DNA from: Wigglesworthia glossinidia endosymbiont of Glossina morsitans morsitans (Yale colony)
GTDB taxonomy: Bacteria > Pseudomonadota > Gammaproteobacteria > Enterobacterales > Enterobacteriaceae
Assembly: GCF_000247565.1 (NCBI RefSeq)
Contig: NC_016893.1
Coordinates: 30,001 to 62,000, forward strand
DNA length: 32,000 nt
Reading direction: 5' to 3'
The notes under the pieces were generated by a model. That model saw only the letters and a list, made by a program, of their open reading frames with translations, was not told the origin of the DNA and did no database searches. Below, piece by piece: positions 10,154 to 18,519 of the stretch; within the stretch, counting starts at the first letter, position 1; every line of letters starts with the position of its first letter. Both the position numbers and the translations under genes were made by a program.

Positions 10154-11053
10154 GTGTTAATTATAATCGGTTACTGCGTTGTATTCGTTTCTGTGTTTGG
10201 CGGTTTTTTATTAGCAGAAGGCCAAATTGGCGCATTATTTCAACCAGTAGAATTATTAATTATATTAGGGGCTGGATTAGGTGCTTTTATTGTTGGAAAT
10301 AACGGCAAATCTATTTTTGCAACTATCAAAGCATTTCCAAAATTATTTCACTCATCACGTTATAATAAAGATATGTACATGGATGTCATGTCCCTTATAT
10401 ATCGATTACTTTCAAAAAGTAGACAATCAGGACTAATCAGTTTAGAAAAAGACATCGATAATCCTGAAACAAGCAAAATTTTTTCAAATTATCCATTAAT
10501 GCTAAAAGATAAACTCATTATAGATTTTCTTGTAGATTATTTAAGGCTTATGATTAGCGGAAATTTGAATGCTTATGAAATTGAGGCCTTAATGAATGAA
10601 GAAATTGAAACTTGCGAGCAAGAACATGAAGTTCCAATTACCAGTTTGTTACAAGTTGGTGATGCACTACCTGCTTTTGGAATAGTAGCTGCTGTAATGG
10701 GCGTAGTTAATGCGTTAGCCGCTGCAGATAGACCGGCAGCTGAATTAGGAGAGTTAATTGCTCACGCTATGGTAGGAACATTTTTAGGAATTTTATTAGC
10801 TTACGGCTGTGTGATGCCGCTAGGAGCTTTATTAAAACAAAAAAGTGACGAACACATTAAAATGCTACAATGTATTAAAATTACTCTGTTATCCAGTATT
10901 AATGGATACGCACCTCAAATAGCAATCGAATTTGGTCGAAAAATTCTTTACTCATCTGAACGTCCTTCATTTACTGAACTTGAAGAACATTTACGTCAAG
11001 TTAAAAAATCAGGATTAGAATCTCGTAACGATAATGCAACAGTGAATTCATGA
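10154..11053 (+). CDS. motA: Flagellar motor stator protein MotA
   Basis: The 299-aa ORF has a GTG start, as in E. coli. It is collinear with MotA (YRLLSKSRQSG...LEKDI keeps the R90/E98 equivalents; GDALPAFGIVAAVMGV; PAAELGELIAHAMVGTFLGILLAYG). Confidence 0.95.
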   Translation: MLIIIGYCVVFVSVFGGFLLAEGQIGALFQPVELLIILGAGLGAFIVGNNGKSIFATIKAFPKLFHSSRYNKDMYMDVMSLIYRLLSKSRQSGLISLEKDIDNPETSKIFSNYPLMLKDKLIIDFLVDYLRLMISGNLNAYEIEALMNEEIETCEQEHEVPITSLLQVGDALPAFGIVAAVMGVVNALAAADRPAAELGELIAHAMVGTFLGILLAYGCVMPLGALLKQKSDEHIKMLQCIKITLLSSINGYAPQIAIEFGRKILYSSERPSFTELEEHLRQVKKSGLESRNDNATVNS

Positions 11054-12018
11054 AAAAAAACTCACCAACAACAATATTAATTAAATGGAGAAAAGCTCAA
11101 AATTCTAGTCATCACGGTGGCTCTTGGAAAATTGCATATGCTGATTTTATGACAGCAATGATGGCTTTTTTTTTAGTTATGTGGCTACTTAGCACAAGCA
11201 CTCCGCAGCAACGCGAACAAATTGCTGATTACTTTCGTATGCCAATAAAAGATAATTTAAACAAAAATCAAAAAACTAACATTCACTCTATACCTATGCC
11301 AGAAAATGGTGGAAGCACTATTCAAACAGAACATGCAAATCAAAGAAAAGAACAAGAACTAGCGCATCAAAAAGATATAAGAAGATTAAACAAAACACGT
11401 TATCATTTGCAACAAATATTAAAAAATGATCCAAGATTGCGTGATTTTCAACGAAATATGCATATTACTTTAGTACATGAAGGATTAAGAATTGAAATCG
11501 TTGACAGTAAAAAAAGACCAATGTTTACAACCGGAGGAAAAGAAATCGCACCATATATGAGATATATTATGCGTATAATAGCTCCGGTATTAAACGAATT
11601 ACCTAATCGTATTAGTTTGGCAGGTCATACTGATAATCAACCATACATTAACGGAGAACGTGGATATGGAAATTGGGAATTGTCTGCAGATCGTGCAAAT
11701 GCATCACGTCGTGAACTTGTAGAAGGTGGATTAATGAGCGATAAAATACTAAGGGTGATTGGTATGGCTAATACGATGGCAACAAAGCACAAACATTCTC
11801 ATTATGCATCACAAAGAAGAATTAGCATAGTTATTTTAACTCAAAAACAAGAGGCAGCCATCAAAAAAGAAAACAGTGAAAGTCATAGCGAATTTATTGA
11901 AACTAATGATGATCCAGCATCTCAATTATGGAAATTAGCTGCTCCTCAAGCATTTACTGGAAAAAATGAATTTCAACTGAAATCTAATTTGAATAATTTT
12001 ACAAAAAAAAATGAATAA
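11050..12018 (+). CDS. motB: Flagellar motor stator protein MotB (OmpA-like peptidoglycan-binding C-terminus)
   Basis: The 322-aa ORF overlaps motA by ATGA. GSWKIAYADFMTAMMAFFLVMWL carries the conserved proton-binding Asp. NWELSADRANASRREL is the PG-binding motif. Confidence 0.95.
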   Translation: MKKNSPTTILIKWRKAQNSSHHGGSWKIAYADFMTAMMAFFLVMWLLSTSTPQQREQIADYFRMPIKDNLNKNQKTNIHSIPMPENGGSTIQTEHANQRKEQELAHQKDIRRLNKTRYHLQQILKNDPRLRDFQRNMHITLVHEGLRIEIVDSKKRPMFTTGGKEIAPYMRYIMRIIAPVLNELPNRISLAGHTDNQPYINGERGYGNWELSADRANASRRELVEGGLMSDKILRVIGMANTMATKHKHSHYASQRRISIVILTQKQEAAIKKENSESHSEFIETNDDPASQLWKLAAPQAFTGKNEFQLKSNLNNFTKKNE

Positions 12019-12082
12019 TAATTTTTTAACTTAGTTTATTAAAAATAAATGTATTTATTATATATATAAAAAATAAATAAGA

Positions 12083-12107
12083 AATCATAATGAATCATAA
12101 TGAATCA
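12083..12107 (+). repeat. 2.5 tandem copies of a 10-bp unit AATCATAATG spanning the flhB start codon
   Basis: A direct read gives aatcataatg at 12083-12092 and again at 12093-12102, then aatca at 12103-12107. The ATGs at 12090 (in frame with flhB) and 12100 (out of frame) belong to successive copies. Confidence 0.9.
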
Positions 12108-13241
12108 GAAAAACACGAAGACCCCACTCCGCATCGTTTAAAAAAAGCTAGATTTGAAGGAAATATACCACGTTCAAGAGATCTCTCTTCTTTAGTTACA
12201 TTATTTTTTGGGTGGCTTATCTTTGTTTTTTTAGGAAATCATTTAATCAAATATATAAAAATTTTTATTACAAAAAACTTAAACTTTGGGTTTCTTCAAG
12301 AAGAAGAAAACAATTTTATTCTATTTAATTTTTATTCATCAATAAAAGATATTTTTTTTATTTTAATGATAATTTTTATTTCTATCATCATAGTATCTAT
12401 CGGAACCTCCGGTTTGTTAGGAGGATGGGTATTAATTAAGAAACCTTTACGTATTGATTTTTCTAGAATAAATCCATATAGAGGAATTAAAAAAATATTT
12501 GAAAATAATATTTTTTTTGAAATGATTAAAACAGTTTTTAAATTTATTTTAACATTTACGTTTTGTATTTTATACCTATGGTTTATGCAATTCAAAATTG
12601 CAGATTTATCTAGCAACTACTATTTATTTGCGATAGAAAAAAGCGTATTAATAATTAAAAAATGTGTTTTTTTAATACTTTTAAGTCTTGTTCCTATTGT
12701 AGGATTCGATATATTATTTCAATTATTTAACTTCAAAAAAAAGTTAAAAATGTCACGTCTTGAAATTCAAGATGAAAATAAAGAAAATGAAGGCAATCCA
12801 CAATTAAAAAATTTTATACGTCAAAAACAACGTAAATTAGCATATCATCGTATGATGAATAATATTAAAAAAGCAGATGTAATTATATTAAATCCAATTC
12901 ATTATGCAGTTGCTTTAAAATATGAACAAAAAAAAATGCATGCTCCTGTTCTTTTAGCGAAAGGATCAGGAAATATTGCAAAAAAAATTAAAGAAAAAGC
13001 ACAAAAATATTTTGTTCCTATCATACAAATACCTAGTTTAGCTCAAATATTATATAAATATTGTCGTATTGGAGAATATATCCCATCAGAATTGTATGAA
13101 TCTGTTGCTAAAGTTTTAACATGGGTGTACAACTTAAAAAGTTGGAGAAATTTAGGTGGCATTCCTCCTGAAAAACCAACTAATATCAACGTTCCTAATA
13201 TACTAAAATTTTCAAAAAATCGGAAAATTTCGAATGAATAA
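12090..13241 (+). CDS. flhB: Flagellar type III export gate/switch protein FlhB
   Basis: The 383-aa ORF contains EDPTPHRLKKARFEGNIPRSRDL, KMSRLEIQDENKENEGNPQLK and ADVIILNPIHYAVAL (NPIH in place of NPTH). It is collinear with E. coli FlhB. Confidence 0.94.
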   Translation: MNHNESEKHEDPTPHRLKKARFEGNIPRSRDLSSLVTLFFGWLIFVFLGNHLIKYIKIFITKNLNFGFLQEEENNFILFNFYSSIKDIFFILMIIFISIIIVSIGTSGLLGGWVLIKKPLRIDFSRINPYRGIKKIFENNIFFEMIKTVFKFILTFTFCILYLWFMQFKIADLSSNYYLFAIEKSVLIIKKCVFLILLSLVPIVGFDILFQLFNFKKKLKMSRLEIQDENKENEGNPQLKNFIRQKQRKLAYHRMMNNIKKADVIILNPIHYAVALKYEQKKMHAPVLLAKGSGNIAKKIKEKAQKYFVPIIQIPSLAQILYKYCRIGEYIPSELYESVAKVLTWVYNLKSWRNLGGIPPEKPTNINVPNILKFSKNRKISNE

Positions 13242-15339
13242 TACAGGCGATAATTTAATTTTTTTAAAAAAATTTTTTAATCAAATTAAATATAAAATGC
13301 TTGCAGGACCAATAATCATATTTATGATTTTGTTTATGATGATTTTGCCTTTACCTGCATTTATTTTAGACGTTATGTTCACTTTTAATATTGTATTTTC
13401 AATTATCATTCTTCTGTTAACTATGTTCACTCGTAGTATTTTGGACTTTTTAATTTTTCCTACTATACTTTTGTTTTCAACGCTTTTAAGGCTTGCATTA
13501 AATATTGCATCTTCTCGTATAATTTTATTAAATGGTCAATATGGAAATTCCGCTGCAGGAAAAATTATAGATGCTTTTGGAAATTTTTTAGTTGGTGGAA
13601 ATTTTGCAGTAGGTATTATAGTTTTTTCCATGTTAGTAATTATCAATTTTATGGTAGTTACAAAAGGTTCAGTACGCATTGCCGAAGTAGGTGCTAGATT
13701 TATTTTAGATGGAATGCCAGGCAAACAAATGGCTATTGATGCCGATTTAAATTCCGGATTAATTGGAGAAGAAGAAGCAAAAAAAAGACGAGCAGAAATT
13801 ACGCAAGAATCAGATTTTTATGGATCAATGGATGGAGCCAGTAAGTTTGTTCGTGGAGATGCAGTAGCAGGAATACTGATTATGATGATTAATTTAATTG
13901 GAGGTTTGTTAATCGGAACAATGCAGCATAATATGGACATATTAAGTGCAGGCAAAACATATACTATTTTAACTGTAGGAGATGGATTAATTGCACAAAT
14001 TCCAGCATTAATTATTTCTACAGCTGCAGGAGTAATTGTTACTAGAGTAACTACACAACAAAATGTTAGTGAGCAAATTTTGTCTCAATTATTTAATAAT
14101 CCAAAAGTAATTTTTTTATCAGCATTAATTATAGGGGTTTTTGGCTTAATCCCGGGTATGCCAAACACAATATTTTTGTTTTTTACTTGTTTATTACTTT
14201 TTATAACATGGAAATTATCAAAACAATTAGATACAAACAGCATAAAAATCACCAAAACACCAAATTCTAATTTGCAAAAAAATAATAAAATTTTTAATGA
14301 AGCTACATGGAATGATGTGCATCAAGAAGATGCACTTGGATTAGAAGTAGGTTATAAACTTATCAATATGGTAGACAATAACAAAAATAATGGGATATTA
14401 CTAAAAAGAATAAAAGGTATTAGAAAACAATTTGCTCGAGAAATGGGTTTTTTGCCTCCTGTGATACATATTCGTGATAATTTAGAAATTACACCGATCT
14501 GTTATCGTATTTTATTAAATGGAGTTGAAATTGGATCAAACGAAGTATATCCTGAAAAAATCATGGCAATTAATCCAGGTTTTATTAAAAAAGATCTGAT
14601 CGGAAAAACATGTTATGAACCGGCATTTGGATTACCAGCAGTATGGATTAGCAAAGATATGCAAGAAGAAGCAAATTCAATTGGTTATACAATAGTTGAT
14701 GCAAGCACAGTAATTGCTACACATTTTCATTCTATTTTAATGCAATATGCAGGAGAATTATTTGGAAGACAAGAAGCTCAAAATTTACTGGAACATCTTA
14801 AAAAAACTACACCAAAATTAGTAGATGGACTTATTCCTGAAATAATTTCTATTACAACATTTAATAAAATATTAAAAAACTTACTTACAGAACAAATTTC
14901 CATCAGAGATATGCGATCAATCATCGATTGTCTTGCAGAAAATTGTCCACAACAAAATGATATTGAAATTTTAACAAGTTTAGTGCGTCAAAAATTAGGA
15001 AGATTTATTACACAAAATTGGTTTCCAAAAAATCAATATAAAAATGAAATTCAAGCAATTGGATTAGATTCGAAATTAGAAAAATTATTAATAGATACTG
15101 TAAAAAGCGGAAGCGCTTTAGAGCCAAAGATCGTCGAAAATCTTATAAAAAATGTTTCTTATGCTTTAAAAAATCAAAAAAAATTAAAAGCACCTTACGT
15201 ATTGTTAGTTAATCCTGTTATACGTAACGTATTATCGCGTCTATTAAGAAATTCATTTCCAAAAATTACTGTGCTATCTACTCTAGAAATTATTGATACA
15301 AGACCGATTAAATTTACTTCAATTATTGATTTTAAATAA
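13234..15339 (+). CDS. flhA: Flagellar type III export gate protein FlhA
   Basis: The 701-aa ORF overlaps flhB by 8 nt. Identity to E. coli FlhA is very high (RIAEVGARFILDGMPGKQMAIDADLN, FYGSMDGASKFVRGDA, GDGLIAQIPALIISTAAGVIVTRV, FGRQEAQNLLE). Confidence 0.96.
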   Translation: MNNTGDNLIFLKKFFNQIKYKMLAGPIIIFMILFMMILPLPAFILDVMFTFNIVFSIIILLLTMFTRSILDFLIFPTILLFSTLLRLALNIASSRIILLNGQYGNSAAGKIIDAFGNFLVGGNFAVGIIVFSMLVIINFMVVTKGSVRIAEVGARFILDGMPGKQMAIDADLNSGLIGEEEAKKRRAEITQESDFYGSMDGASKFVRGDAVAGILIMMINLIGGLLIGTMQHNMDILSAGKTYTILTVGDGLIAQIPALIISTAAGVIVTRVTTQQNVSEQILSQLFNNPKVIFLSALIIGVFGLIPGMPNTIFLFFTCLLLFITWKLSKQLDTNSIKITKTPNSNLQKNNKIFNEATWNDVHQEDALGLEVGYKLINMVDNNKNNGILLKRIKGIRKQFAREMGFLPPVIHIRDNLEITPICYRILLNGVEIGSNEVYPEKIMAINPGFIKKDLIGKTCYEPAFGLPAVWISKDMQEEANSIGYTIVDASTVIATHFHSILMQYAGELFGRQEAQNLLEHLKKTTPKLVDGLIPEIISITTFNKILKNLLTEQISIRDMRSIIDCLAENCPQQNDIEILTSLVRQKLGRFITQNWFPKNQYKNEIQAIGLDSKLEKLLIDTVKSGSALEPKIVENLIKNVSYALKNQKKLKAPYVLLVNPVIRNVLSRLLRNSFPKITVLSTLEIIDTRPIKFTSIIDFK

Positions 15340-15351
15340 GCTTTAAAGAGT

Positions 15352-15822
15352 TTAAGCTTTACTCTGAAAATTTTTTGTAAGTAATTTATACGAATTTCCG
15401 TCGGAACGGTAAAATGTTGCTTCTGGAATAACTTGTGTAAATTTTTTTTGTAACGTGTTCACAAAATTCATTTGAGTACTAATTTTTTGATTATTTTTTT
15501 CATTTCTTTCATAAACTTCATGCGTGATGCTTTGTATTTTTTTCCATAAATTTTGGGATTTAGGATGTTTTAAATCATTAGATCGAATATTCAAAGTTTT
15601 TTCTAGAGAAATTCGTTTTTTGTCTAATTCATTTAATTTATTAACTATCTTTTGTTTTTTTTCGATAATAAATTGAATTTTTAAATAATTTACAGGTGTA
15701 GTAGACAAAAAATTTGCTTCTAAATTTAATATAAACTTGAATTTTTTTAAATTGTAAAAGATGTGATTTAAAGTTTTATGCAGTTCTTCAAAAGAACATA
15801 AATTAATTGTATTATTTTTCAT
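15352..15822 (-). CDS. flgN: Flagellar export chaperone FlgN (for FlgK/FlgL)
   Basis: The 156-aa helical ORF sits in the conserved position downstream of flgA. Similarity to E. coli FlgN is weak but collinear, including the C-terminal ATFYRSDGNS versus PTLYGADGQTS. Sequence divergence is high. Confidence 0.78.
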   Translation of the reverse strand: MKNNTINLCSFEELHKTLNHIFYNLKKFKFILNLEANFLSTTPVNYLKIQFIIEKKQKIVNKLNELDKKRISLEKTLNIRSNDLKHPKSQNLWKKIQSITHEVYERNEKNNQKISTQMNFVNTLQKKFTQVIPEATFYRSDGNSYKLLTKNFQSKA

Positions 15823-15922
15823 ATTCTAATCAGTACGAAATTTAAAGTTTCTTAAAAAATTAATAATTTTCTTTAATATCTGTATTTAAAAAAAATTTTT
15901 TGGAAATAAATAACACAGTATT

Positions 15923-15949
15923 TTATCGACAAAATATAATTTTTCTTAA
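15923..15949 (-). promoter_or_regulatory. Possible residual sigma28 promoter (the position of the enterobacterial flgM class 3 promoter), now driving flgN
   Basis: The minus strand reads TTAAGAAA-N11-GTCGATAA. The -10 matches GCCGATAA at 7/8 and the -35 matches TAAAGTTT at only 4/8. It lies directly after the flgA stop and about 100 nt upstream of flgN. Confidence 0.35.
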
Positions 15950-15951
15950 AA

Positions 15952-16638
15952 TTATTTTATATTGAAAACTAACATGTTATCTGAATTTAAAATTCCTTGA
16001 ATAAATTTTCCAGATGGTAATTTTACTTTTAATATGTCTCCTATAACAGCGTTTTTCATGGCAATTCCATAATAGCGGATTCGGAATCCATTTCCAATAA
16101 GTTCAATAAAGATCTTATCGCCTTGATGTACATTCCAAGGGTCGCGTATCATACTAAAAGTAACAGGTTGTCCAACCCCGATCAATCTTGTAGAAATTGT
16201 TCCTATTATAGGATAATTAGATAAAACAAGATCATTAGGTAAATTAGTAATTTCACCATATGTTTGATGAATATGAGTTTTTTTAATAGTTGTTTTAGGT
16301 TTGATAAGAACAGATGATTTATAATATTTTGAATAACTTTTTATATTAATTTTGAAAATATATTTTTTATTTGTACATTGTATATTGACAATTGAAATAT
16401 TATTGATATTTATATAATTAGTCATATAAAGTTTTGGTTTTATGCAATTATCTTCAATAAATTTAGGAGAAAGAATAAAAATTTTATATTCCACTAATTT
16501 GCTATTATTTCGTTCATATAATAATTTTTCTATTTCTGGAATTAAAAAGTCTGAATTTTTTGCCAATATCTTAAATTCAAAAAAAAGTGTAAATAAAATA
16601 AAAACTAAAAAATTTTTTAAATTTTTTTTCATATGCAA
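15952..16638 (-). CDS. flgA: Flagellar P-ring assembly chaperone FlgA
   Basis: The 228-aa ORF has an N-terminal signal peptide. Its C-terminal half resembles E. coli FlgA (GDKIFIELIGNGFRIRYYGIAMKNAVIGDILKVKLPSGKFIQGIL versus GQRVNVIASGDGFSANAEGQALNNAAVAQNARVRMVSGQVVSGVV). It is divergent from flgB as in enterobacteria. An alternative start lies at 16632. Confidence 0.88.
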   Translation of the reverse strand: MHMKKNLKNFLVFILFTLFFEFKILAKNSDFLIPEIEKLLYERNNSKLVEYKIFILSPKFIEDNCIKPKLYMTNYININNISIVNIQCTNKKYIFKINIKSYSKYYKSSVLIKPKTTIKKTHIHQTYGEITNLPNDLVLSNYPIIGTISTRLIGVGQPVTFSMIRDPWNVHQGDKIFIELIGNGFRIRYYGIAMKNAVIGDILKVKLPSGKFIQGILNSDNMLVFNIK

Positions 16639-16688
16639 TTTTTCTTAAAAAATGTTGAAGTAAATCCATTAAAATTTTAAATTATGAT

Positions 16689-16729
16689 AACCGTAAATAA
16701 GCAAAAAACATTGTGTTATTTTCTCCATT
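16689..16729. promoter_or_regulatory. Candidate FlhD4C2 binding box in the divergent flgA/flgB promoter region
   Basis: The sequence is AACCG-t-AAATAAGC-N11-TGTTATTT-tct-CCATT. The remembered consensus is AAYGS-N2-3-AAATARCG-N10-12-CGYTATTT-N2-3-SCRTT. The right arm matches 12/13, the left arm is weaker, and the spacer length is correct. The location is that of the class 2 flgB/flgA promoters. Confidence 0.45.
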
Positions 16730-16787
16730 AAAAATGTCTAATAACTATTAGCATATTGTTCGGACAAATTTTATTAAAATATACCGT

Positions 16788-17204
16788 ATGTTAGATAAAC
16801 TAGAACGATATTTAAATTTTCAAAAAATTGCCATGAATACTTTTCGCGTCAGACAAGAAATATTAGCGGCAAATATAGCTAACGCAGATACTCCAAAATA
16901 TCAATCACGTGATATCAATTTTGAAAAAATACTGCGTGAAGCTTCAAATTCAGAAGAAAAAGAAAAAAATTCCATAATAAATTTAAATTTAACATCAAAA
17001 AATCATCTTAATAGAAAAAATATACAATATTTTTTTAAAAACTTACTTTATCGAACACCTGATCAGCCTTCAGCCGATCAAAATACAGTAGACATGAATC
17101 GAGAAAGAATAAATTTTCTTGAAAATAGTATTAAATATTATGCAAGCATTACAATTACAAACGGATATATTAAAAATATGATGTCTGTATTATATAAAGG
17201 ATAA
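16788..17204 (+). CDS. flgB: Flagellar proximal rod protein FlgB
   Basis: The 138-aa ORF is collinear with E. coli FlgB (RQEILAANIANADTPKYQSRDI, YRTPDQPSADQNTVDMNRER). Confidence 0.95.
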   Translation: MLDKLERYLNFQKIAMNTFRVRQEILAANIANADTPKYQSRDINFEKILREASNSEEKEKNSIINLNLTSKNHLNRKNIQYFFKNLLYRTPDQPSADQNTVDMNRERINFLENSIKYYASITITNGYIKNMMSVLYKG

Positions 17205-17207
17205 ATT

Positions 17208-17606
17208 ATGCTAAATATTTTAAAAATTTCTGGATCAGCTTTATTTGCGCAATCTTGCCGAATTAATATAAGCGCGAGTAATATAGCAAATTCAGAAAGT
17301 GTTGATAAAAATGGAGATCCATATCAATCTAAACAAGTAATTTTTCAATTAGATAATAATAATCATAAAAATCAAATAGGTGGAGTTAAAATAAAAAAAA
17401 TTATTAATGATAAAAAACCATTAAAATTAATATATGATCCTCATCATCCAAAAGCTAACGAATATGGATATGTAAAAATGTCAAATGTAAATATAATTGA
17501 AGAAATGGTGAATACAATTTCTGCATCTAGAAGTTATCAAGCAAACATTGAAGTCATCAATACAGCGCGTTCAATGATATTAAAAACATTATCTTTAGGA
17601 CAATAA
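17208..17606 (+). CDS. flgC: Flagellar proximal rod protein FlgC
   Basis: The 132-aa ORF contains ISGSAL.AQS.R.N..ASNIAN, GYVKMSNVN and ISASRSYQANIEV.NTARSM.LKTLSLGQ, matching FlgC end to end. Confidence 0.95.
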   Translation: MLNILKISGSALFAQSCRINISASNIANSESVDKNGDPYQSKQVIFQLDNNNHKNQIGGVKIKKIINDKKPLKLIYDPHHPKANEYGYVKMSNVNIIEEMVNTISASRSYQANIEVINTARSMILKTLSLGQ

Positions 17607-17638
17607 ATACTAAATCAAATTTTCAAAAAAAATGAAAA

Positions 17639-18469
17639 ATGAATATTCCAACAAAACAAATCAATATACAAAAAATATTAGACGAAAATAATATTTATTT
17701 AGATACAATTCATCATAATCGCATAAAAAAGCGTAGCATTTTCCCAGAAAAATTTTCTGAAAGTATAAAAAATAATTTTCAAGATGATCGAAATTTTTCC
17801 GAAATATACAGTATAGAGAATCAAAAAAATTTTGATAAAAATTCTCAAATAAATAACAGTAATCTTGAATCATTAACAAATAATTTTTTAAAAATGATCT
17901 TAGTGCAAATAAAAAATCAAGATCCCACACATCCTATAGATAATAATCATTTAACATCACAAATGACACAAATGCACACCGCATTGGGAATAGAAAAATT
18001 AAGCAAAATTATGCAAGAAATAAAAAATACAAACAATAATACTCAAGCAATTAATTTATCCAATTGGATTGGACATACAATTATGATTTCCGGGAATCCA
18101 GTAGTATCATTCGAAGGTAAAAAAAATTACGGATTTAAACTCGCTTCGAAAGCCGATCACGTGATCTTGAATTTAACAGATACATCAGGAAATTCATATG
18201 TAGAAAATTATTACAATTTAAAACCTGGGATTTATAAATTAAATATTAATAACAATCGTACTGTTCCAGAAATACATTCCAGTAGTAATGAAAAAAATAA
18301 TATATTTAGAGTCAGTTTTGAAGCATTTAATAACAATGGAGATCGTCCGGAAATTTATGCGTTAAAATCCGAAAAAATTAATAACATCATTTTTAAAAAT
18401 GGTCAGTCTAAATTAGCTTTAGAAAAAGGAAATTTAATCGACGTTAAAGATGTCATTTCTATTGAATAA
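17639..18469 (+). CDS. flgD: Flagellar hook cap (hook assembly scaffold) protein FlgD
   Basis: The 276-aa ORF contains FLKMILVQIKNQDPTHPIDNNHLTSQMTQMHTALGIEKL, matching the FlgD core FLTLLVAQLKNQDPTNPLQNNELTTQLAQIS. It has an N/K-rich N-terminal extension relative to E. coli. Confidence 0.9.
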   Translation: MNIPTKQINIQKILDENNIYLDTIHHNRIKKRSIFPEKFSESIKNNFQDDRNFSEIYSIENQKNFDKNSQINNSNLESLTNNFLKMILVQIKNQDPTHPIDNNHLTSQMTQMHTALGIEKLSKIMQEIKNTNNNTQAINLSNWIGHTIMISGNPVVSFEGKKNYGFKLASKADHVILNLTDTSGNSYVENYYNLKPGIYKLNINNNRTVPEIHSSSNEKNNIFRVSFEAFNNNGDRPEIYALKSEKINNIIFKNGQSKLALEKGNLIDVKDVISIE

Positions 18470-18519
18470 AAATTTTCATAATAAAAATTAAAAAAATATA
18501 AATAACTAGGAAATAAAAT

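Noticed and set aside
12040-12062. An A/T-only palindrome AATAAAT-gt-ATTTATT in the motB-flhB spacer, considered as a terminator or an FlhDC half-site pair.
   Set aside because: It is a pure A/T stem of negligible stability. The arm spacing (2 nt) is incompatible with the 10-12 nt spacer of FlhD4C2 boxes. Such palindromes are common by chance in this composition.
15338-15359. A short hairpin (AAGCTT…AAGCTT, 6-bp stem plus 2 extra pairs) spanning the stop codons of convergent flhA and flgN. It could be a bidirectional terminator.
   Set aside because: The stem is short and weak, there is no convincing U-tract context, and AAGCTT is self-complementary so two copies pair trivially. This is insufficient to call a terminator.
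15843-15869. An exact TAAAGTTT (the sigma28 -35 consensus) on the + strand in the flgN-flgA gap.
   Set aside because: The octamer 11 nt downstream (AATAATTT) matches GCCGATAA at only 2/8. The element would also fire antisense into flgA.
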